A DNA stretch of 64,000 nt from Candidatus Zipacnadia bacterium (GTDB lineage Bacteria; Armatimonadota; Zipacnadia; Zipacnadales; UBA5352). The position numbers were made by a program, and so were the translations under genes. This document shows, in pieces, positions 58,626 to 64,000 of the stretch. The DNA lies in NCBI GenBank assembly GCA_029820295.1, contig JALGVA010000003.1, positions 4,161 to 68,160 on the forward strand, written 5' to 3'. Under the pieces are notes generated by a model. It saw only the letters and a program-made list of their open reading frames with translations. It ran no database searches and had not been told where the DNA came from. Each line of letters begins with the position of its first letter. Position 1 is the stretch's first letter.

Positions 58626-59210
58626 TCAGTCGTCGATCATCCCCAGGAACATCTCCTGCACGCGACGGTCGTCGGTCAGCTCCGGATGGAAGGCGCTGGC
58701 GAGCAGCTTGCCCTGTCGGCACAGTACGATCTTGCCCTCAACTTCGGCCAGCACCTCGACGCCGCACGCCTCGCAGACCTCGCGCACATAGGGTGCCCGG
58801 ATGAACACCGCGCGTACCGGGCCGCCGTCGATGCCCTTGACCGGCAGATCGGCCTCGAAGCTGTCCACCTGGCGGCCGAAGGCGTTGCGCTGCACCGTGA
58901 TGTCCATCAGCCCCAGGCGCCACTGATCGCTGTCAACGATGTGCTTCGCCAGTATGATCATGCCCGCGCAGGTGCCCCAGAGGGGCTTGCCCTGCGCGTG
59001 CATCTCGCGCACCGGCACGTCCAGCTCGAAGCGCTCCATCAGCTTGCCGATGGTCGTGCTCTCTCCCCCCGGGATGACCAGGGCGTCGCAGGCGGCGATC
59101 TGCTGGCTGGTCTTCACCGGCCGTGCCTCGACGCCCTCTATCTCATTGAGGGTCTCGATGTGCTCCTTGAAGTCGCCCTGCACGGCAAGCACGCCGACGA
59201 TCTTCGGCAT
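58626..59210 (-). CDS. pdxT: pyridoxal 5'-phosphate synthase glutaminase subunit PdxT
   Basis: IVGVLAVQGDF start, GTCAG catalytic Cys motif, class I glutamine amidotransferase; start MPKIVGVL with GGAGA upstream. Confidence 0.85.
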   Translation of the reverse strand: MPKIVGVLAVQGDFKEHIETLNEIEGVEARPVKTSQQIAACDALVIPGGESTTIGKLMERFELDVPVREMHAQGKPLWGTCAGMIILAKHIVDSDQWRLGLMDITVQRNAFGRQVDSFEADLPVKGIDGGPVRAVFIRAPYVREVCEACGVEVLAEVEGKIVLCRQGKLLASAFHPELTDDRRVQEMFLGMIDD

Positions 59211-59450
59211 CGTGGGTCTCCGTTCACTGCTCAGCATGGATGTCGCAACGAGGGGCATTGTAGAGCGGTGGTAAGGGGTCGTCAAGCATGACGCCCTTCC
59301 TCCGTCCGAGCGACCTCGGCCCCCTTCCGCCCTGCGCGCTGTGCGTGCAAGCGGGACAGAGGGCCAAGGTGTGGCGGGCGCCGACCGGCACGGCGTGAGG
59401 CCCCCCGTGCCGCGTGTAGTTGCCGGAAGCTGGCCGCCGGTAGCTGGCAG

Positions 59451-61217
59451 CTATGAGTACGCCCGTACCTCAAAGATGCGCGCCTGGGCGTCCCCGTTGG
59501 TCGCCGTACAGGTGATGCGCAGGGCGGTCGCGGTGAGTGACTCGAAGTGATGGACGCGGCGGCGCAGGTAGTTGTCGGTCCGGCGCTTCACCTCGACCCA
59601 GCTCCCGCCCACCTCCAGCTCGACCACGTAGTCGCGCACCGTCTCCGGCTGCGGGCCGCGCACGATCCGGCTGTTGAAGCCGTCGCTGTGCGTAAGCGTG
59701 AGCGGGCGCGCGAAGCCGGTGTCGAAGATGATCTGCACCTCGGAGACCTCGCGCGGGCCATCCCAGCGCAGCTCGATGCTCTGCGGCAGGTCATGCCCCG
59801 GAGCCGACGCCCACTGGTGCTCGTTGCCGTGGCGATGGCGCGTGACGCCGGACAGGATCTGCGCCGGCTCGCGGCCCTGCTCGTGGCTGGTGGCGGTCAC
59901 CTCGGCATGGCGGGCGAGGTCGTCCGGGTCCTCGTTCACGATCTCGGGGATGAAGTGGTCGTCGCGCAGGAGCTGTTGCTGGAGCGTCGCGATGTCGTCG
60001 GCCGACAGGTCGGCCGGGAGGCACAGGAAGTCCACGCAGCGCGCGGCCGCCGCGCCCGCAGCCTGGCCCATCGCCGCGGCGGTGGCGGCCACGCGCGTCG
60101 AGCCCATGGCCATGTGCGTGCAGCTCGCGCAGCGCCCGGCCATCATCAGGTTGGGCACGTTGCGCGAGTAGAGGCTGCGCAGTGGGATCGAGTAGACGTC
60201 CTCGGACTTGAGGTGCCATGAGGGCCGTTCGGGCGAGTAGATGCCCTTGGGCGGGTGCGTGTCGATGCTCCAGCCCCCGTGGGCGATGCGGTCCTCGAAC
60301 AGGCGGCTGGTCATGATGTCGTTCTCGGTGAGCACGTGCGGCCCCATCAGCCGGCGCGATTCGCGCTTGGCGGGCAGCACCCCGAACCAGCGCAGCGCCC
60401 AGTTCTCGGCCCCATGATCGCCGTGGTTCTTGATGTGATCCCACACGCCGAACAGGCAGGCGAGCAGCTCCTGGCGGATCTCGTCCTGGTCCTTGATCAT
60501 GTCCAGCTCGCCACCCCACTCGATCCACCAGTGGCCGTGGCGCAGCTCGCCGTGGCCGCGGAAGGGCAGGTCATCTTCGGACTCGAAGCGCCGGGCCCAA
60601 CGCGGCGGCGTGAACTCCACCGGCGCGCCGGTGTCCTCGGCGATCCACATCAGCGAGCAACCCATGGTCCTGTCGTCGGGACCCTCGGCATGCTCCTCGC
60701 CGAACTCGTCGGGGCCCTCACGGCCGATGCGGAAGTCCGCGCCCGCCTCGAAGCCGAGCTGGCCGTCGCCGGTGCAGTCGATGAAGATGTCGCCCGCGAC
60801 GTGCAGCTCCTCTTCGGTCCACGGTCGGGCGCAGGTGATGCAGCCGATGGCGTTATCCTCGGTCATGGCGGCGCCGACGGCCGCGGTGTTCAGGAACAGG
60901 CGGATGTTGTCCTCGCGCCGCACCCACTCCTCGAGGATCAGGTCCCACATGGAGTTGGAGCGCTGCGGGTTACGCACGGCCTCGGCGAGGCGCATCTCCT
61001 CGATGATGCCGCCCTCGCGCGCATGCGGGCGCCCGCCCGAGCAGTCGGCCCCGGTGGCATGCACTCGCACCTCCGATGAGGTGTTACCTCCCAGCATCGG
61101 GCGGTCGTGGATGAGGATGACGTCCGCGCCCGCACGCGCCGCCGAGATGGCGGCGCACACGCCCGCCAGTCCCCCGCCCGCGACGACGACTTCAGCCTCG
61201 AGACTGCGCCTGGTCAT
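59451..61217 (-). CDS. FAD-dependent oxidoreductase (FAD_oxidored-type) with C-terminal discoidin/galactose-binding-like domain
   Basis: VVVAGGGLAGVCAAISAARAG dinucleotide-binding start; about 588 aa; C-terminal beta-sandwich-like segment. Confidence 0.7.
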   Translation of the reverse strand: MTRRSLEAEVVVAGGGLAGVCAAISAARAGADVILIHDRPMLGGNTSSEVRVHATGADCSGGRPHAREGGIIEEMRLAEAVRNPQRSNSMWDLILEEWVRREDNIRLFLNTAAVGAAMTEDNAIGCITCARPWTEEELHVAGDIFIDCTGDGQLGFEAGADFRIGREGPDEFGEEHAEGPDDRTMGCSLMWIAEDTGAPVEFTPPRWARRFESEDDLPFRGHGELRHGHWWIEWGGELDMIKDQDEIRQELLACLFGVWDHIKNHGDHGAENWALRWFGVLPAKRESRRLMGPHVLTENDIMTSRLFEDRIAHGGWSIDTHPPKGIYSPERPSWHLKSEDVYSIPLRSLYSRNVPNLMMAGRCASCTHMAMGSTRVAATAAAMGQAAGAAAARCVDFLCLPADLSADDIATLQQQLLRDDHFIPEIVNEDPDDLARHAEVTATSHEQGREPAQILSGVTRHRHGNEHQWASAPGHDLPQSIELRWDGPREVSEVQIIFDTGFARPLTLTHSDGFNSRIVRGPQPETVRDYVVELEVGGSWVEVKRRTDNYLRRRVHHFESLTATALRITCTATNGDAQARIFEVRAYS

Positions 61218-61406
61218 CAGTTAGCCTCCTCGGAGCTGTCACTGCAGGTTGCCGACGTGCAGCATCCTCGCGGACCCAAAGGCCGCGGCGTGCGGGAAGA
61301 CAGTCGCCTGCCAAGCGGGCGTAGCTTCGCGGTCGCTTCGCCGCTCACCTTCAGGCTGCTCCCGGTAACGCCCGGCGCGCACAGATGCGAATGATCTCCA
61401 GGACGT

Positions 61407-61435
61407 GTTGACGGTCGCCGTTGGGGGGATTACGA
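61407..61435 (+). promoter_or_regulatory. sigma70-like promoter TTGACG-N17-TACGAT upstream of BNR-repeat protein gene
   Basis: exact 17-nt spacer; GGAGGTG RBS 7 nt before ATG 61488. Confidence 0.4.
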
Positions 61436-61487
61436 TGACAGTGAGCACTCGTGAGGGCCCCGCCATCAATGTGTGGAGGTGGCACAG

Positions 61488-63878
61488 ATGAGGTGCGCGG
61501 CCGCCTGTCTGGTGGTCCTGGCCGTCATGCCGTGCCACGCGGCCTGGGTGAAGATGACCTCGCTGTCCGACGCGATGCGGTCCGCAAGCCTGAACGTCAC
61601 GTTCACCACCGGCGACTTCCTCGAAGACGGCAACCACGGGTGGGTCGCGGGCCACTACCGCTCCGAAGACGGCCTGCGAGTGGCGGTCTTTCGCACCGAG
61701 AACGGCGGCCGGCGCTGGATCGGCACGTATACCGACGTCGCCGCCACGCCCGCGACCGCTATCGACTTCGTCGATGCCGACCACGGCTGGCTGCTGGCGA
61801 GCGACTCCCGCATCTACCGCACCGATGACGCAGGGCGGTCGTGGGAGCGCGAGAGCATCCTCGGCGGTACGTACTGTGTGCTGGACCTGGCCATGCTCGG
61901 ACGAGATCAGGGGTTTGCATCCGGCAGCGTCTGGGAGGCGGGCACTTCCGCGGTCTTCGAGTACCATGCCGACGAGCGCGAGTGGCAGCAGGTCAGCACC
62001 TGGGCCGCGGGGTCGCTCAGCGCGCTGGCGGCGCGCAACGTCAACCGCGTGTGGGCGGCGGGCCTGACCGCCGGGGACGACTACCTCGCGCGGCGCCGCA
62101 CCGGTGCCGACCGGTGGCAGCCGATGACCATCCCCTCGTATGTGCAGGCGCTGTCGTTCAGCTCTGACTCCCGCGGCTGGGCGGCCTGCACGTCAGGGCG
62201 CATCTTTGCCACCGCCGACGGTGGCGAGACGTGGATCGAGCAGGAGACGCCGGTCTTCTACGACCTGCAGGACATCCTCTTCCCTCGCGGGAGCGCCAAG
62301 GGGCTCGCCATCGCCGCGGAGACGGGCGCTGTGTTGAGCACCACCGACGGCGGCGAGACGTGGGGCGTCGCGGCCGGACCCGAGCGGGCGTCCGAAATCC
62401 TGTGGGACGGCGGGCGCTTCCTGATCGTGGCCCGAGACGGCCTTTACACGTCCCCGACCATCTCCCGAACGCTGGTGCCCGGTCTCCAGCGTCTCGAACC
62501 GCGCAGCGGCGGCGTGCGTGAGATTCTGCCCATGCCCGGCCCGTTCGTCGCGCCCTGGCACCGGTGTCGGACCATCGAGGACGTGCGTGGTTCGGCGAAC
62601 ATGGTGGCGGCCAGCTTCCTCGACGACGGGGAGCATGCCTGGGTACTGGCAGAGGGCCGGTTGCTGCTGCGCACGCGCAATGGTGGGGTGAGCTGGGAGC
62701 GCCTCACGGTTCCGCGGGATGTGCGCACGCCGCAGAGCGTGACCTTCACCGACAGCCGCAACGGCTGGCTGTGGGGTGGCGACCCGTGTATCTGGCGCAC
62801 CGGCAACGGTGGCGAGACGTGGGCGGTGGAGAATGTGGACGGCGGGTGGAACGCCAATGACTTCGTGAGCGCCCTGGGGATGTTCGACGCCAGTTCCGGC
62901 GTTGCCGCGGTCAGGTTCGCCGGCCGGCCAGGTCGCACCGACCTGCTTCGCCGGTCCCCTGATACTGGAGTATGGACGATTACCGAGCACAGCCTCCCCT
63001 ATCCGGGCAGCACCAGGCTGGCGGTGCTCGACCCAAGTTGCGTGTGGGCGATGAGCAGTGGCCAGCACGGCCTGCGCACCCAGCGCTTCCCCGAGATGGA
63101 GCGCATGAGTCTGGGCACGGAACGCAATTACAGCGTCCGGGCGATCTCCTTTGTCGATCCGGTTCACGGCTGGGTAGCCGCCGGGACGCTGGCCTTCCGC
63201 ACGGAAGATGGCGGACGCAACTGGACAGGATACGTGGCACCGGGCGGGGACCCGGCCCACTACCCGATCGACATCCGCTTCGACAGTCCCACGCACGGCT
63301 ACGCCATCACACGCCTGGGATGGGTGATCGAGAGCGAAGACGGCGGCGAAAGCTGGCGGCGGCGCTACGAGGCAGACCGGCCGAACCTGATCTCCGTGCA
63401 CTGGTTCGGACGGCATAACGACACGTGGTGGGCGCTGGCCGAGGATGCGCTCTATACGAACGCGCCGGAGCCGGGGCCGGCGCCGACGCTGCGACCGCCT
63501 GACGGGGCGGGGCGGGCGCTCGCCCGCGCGCTGCTCGTGTGGGCGGAGGTCACGGGCTGGGCGGACAACGGCGTGAACCCTAACCGGGGCATCGCCGGCC
63601 GCGAGGCGCTGTTCGGCGTGCGGTGGGATGCGCGCAACGCCGAGCCGCCCGCGGACCTGCGCCTGCTGATCCGTCCCCCCGGCGGGGCCACGCAGGAGCT
63701 GCACCTGCGGCCGCTCGACTACTTCAGCGCGCAGGAGCGTCCGGGCGGCTCGGACTGGGGCGTGGCCTACACGCCGCCGGTTGCGGGCGAGTATGCCTAC
63801 CGCTTCGTAGGCAGCGACACCGCCGGCAACGCCTGCCACGGTGAGCCGAACGCGGGCGCAGTCTGGAACGTCGAGTAG
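61488..63878 (+). CDS. secreted BNR/Asp-box repeat protein (Ycf48/sortilin-like beta-propeller)
   Basis: signal-like MRCAAACLVVLAVMPCHAAW; multiple S/TxDGGxTW Asp-box motifs (TENGGRRW, TDDAGRSW, TADGGETW, TTDGGETW, TRNGGVSW, TGNGGETW, TEDGGRNW, SEDGGESW). Confidence 0.65.
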   Translation: MRCAAACLVVLAVMPCHAAWVKMTSLSDAMRSASLNVTFTTGDFLEDGNHGWVAGHYRSEDGLRVAVFRTENGGRRWIGTYTDVAATPATAIDFVDADHGWLLASDSRIYRTDDAGRSWERESILGGTYCVLDLAMLGRDQGFASGSVWEAGTSAVFEYHADEREWQQVSTWAAGSLSALAARNVNRVWAAGLTAGDDYLARRRTGADRWQPMTIPSYVQALSFSSDSRGWAACTSGRIFATADGGETWIEQETPVFYDLQDILFPRGSAKGLAIAAETGAVLSTTDGGETWGVAAGPERASEILWDGGRFLIVARDGLYTSPTISRTLVPGLQRLEPRSGGVREILPMPGPFVAPWHRCRTIEDVRGSANMVAASFLDDGEHAWVLAEGRLLLRTRNGGVSWERLTVPRDVRTPQSVTFTDSRNGWLWGGDPCIWRTGNGGETWAVENVDGGWNANDFVSALGMFDASSGVAAVRFAGRPGRTDLLRRSPDTGVWTITEHSLPYPGSTRLAVLDPSCVWAMSSGQHGLRTQRFPEMERMSLGTERNYSVRAISFVDPVHGWVAAGTLAFRTEDGGRNWTGYVAPGGDPAHYPIDIRFDSPTHGYAITRLGWVIESEDGGESWRRRYEADRPNLISVHWFGRHNDTWWALAEDALYTNAPEPGPAPTLRPPDGAGRALARALLVWAEVTGWADNGVNPNRGIAGREALFGVRWDARNAEPPADLRLLIRPPGGATQELHLRPLDYFSAQERPGGSDWGVAYTPPVAGEYAYRFVGSDTAGNACHGEPNAGAVWNVE

Positions 63879-63923
63879 CCGGACGAGGGCGGCACAGGCG
63901 CACCCGGGCGCGCCGGCCTGGCT

Positions 63924-64000
63924 ACCAGTAGCCGCCCATGGAGCGGGCGTGGCGGTGGAGGAAGTCGGCCTCGTCGAGCACCTTGCCGGTGCCCAGCGCG
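63924..64000 (-). CDS. C-terminal fragment of a CDS continuing beyond the right window edge
   Basis: minus-strand frame ...ALGTGKVLDEADFLHRHARSMGGYW* with stop at 63924-63926 and G/C at nearly every third codon position; not in ORF track (no start in window). Confidence 0.35.

Overview
High-GC (about 70%) bacterial chromosomal segment. The organism is probably diderm: there is an outer-membrane beta-barrel-like protein, lipoproteins and Flp/TadE pilus components. Coding density is high, with long co-directional gene strings and several overlapping stop/start codons. Recognisable core metabolism is listed below.

- **Minus strand, 1-7.4 kb:** recJ, yjbQ, class V aminotransferase, serA, surE, PflX-like radical SAM, and an acidic-tailed protein truncated at the window edge.
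- **Plus strand, 7.7-9 kb:** gcvH plus lipoate-protein ligase.
- **11.7 kb:** archaeal-type phosphoglycerate mutase (apgM).
- **22.4-24.8 kb:** ndk and a two-subunit class I fumarase.
- **Minus strand, 26.9-31.3 kb:** argC-argJ-argB-argD.
- **Plus strand, 45.3-48.4 kb:** a 6-phosphogluconate dehydrogenase, zwf and pgl, forming an oxidative pentose-phosphate operon.
- **58.6 kb:** pdxT.

Interleaved are accessory and carbohydrate or cell-surface genes.

- A GH116 beta-glucosidase, BNR/sialidase-like proteins and a DUF4127 protein.
- Two Gfo/Idh/MocA oxidoreductases.
- A sugar-acid-like cluster: isomerase, MDR dehydrogenase and lactonase.
- A six-SH3b NlpC/P60 hydrolase.
- An orphan Flp pilin and an orphan TadE-like gene.
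- Two adjacent giant secreted proteins of about 1063 and 1579 aa.

No rRNA, tRNA, CRISPR array or transposase/integrase was recognised.

Three sequence-level observations stand out.

- At least five E. coli-like sigma70 promoters have exact 17-nt spacers.
- Several GC-rich hairpin terminators lie between convergent genes.
- A dispersed family of tandem heptanucleotide repeats (CGGTTNC-like) sits in 3' intergenic regions at five loci.

Most long ORFs antisense to the annotated genes are high-GC artefacts. The most plausible candidates for a novel system are:

- the apgM-linked DUF4127/methyltransferase/Gfo operon;
- the giant secreted-protein pair;
- the tandem paralogous secreted proteins at 42.9-44.2 kb;
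- the heptamer repeat family.
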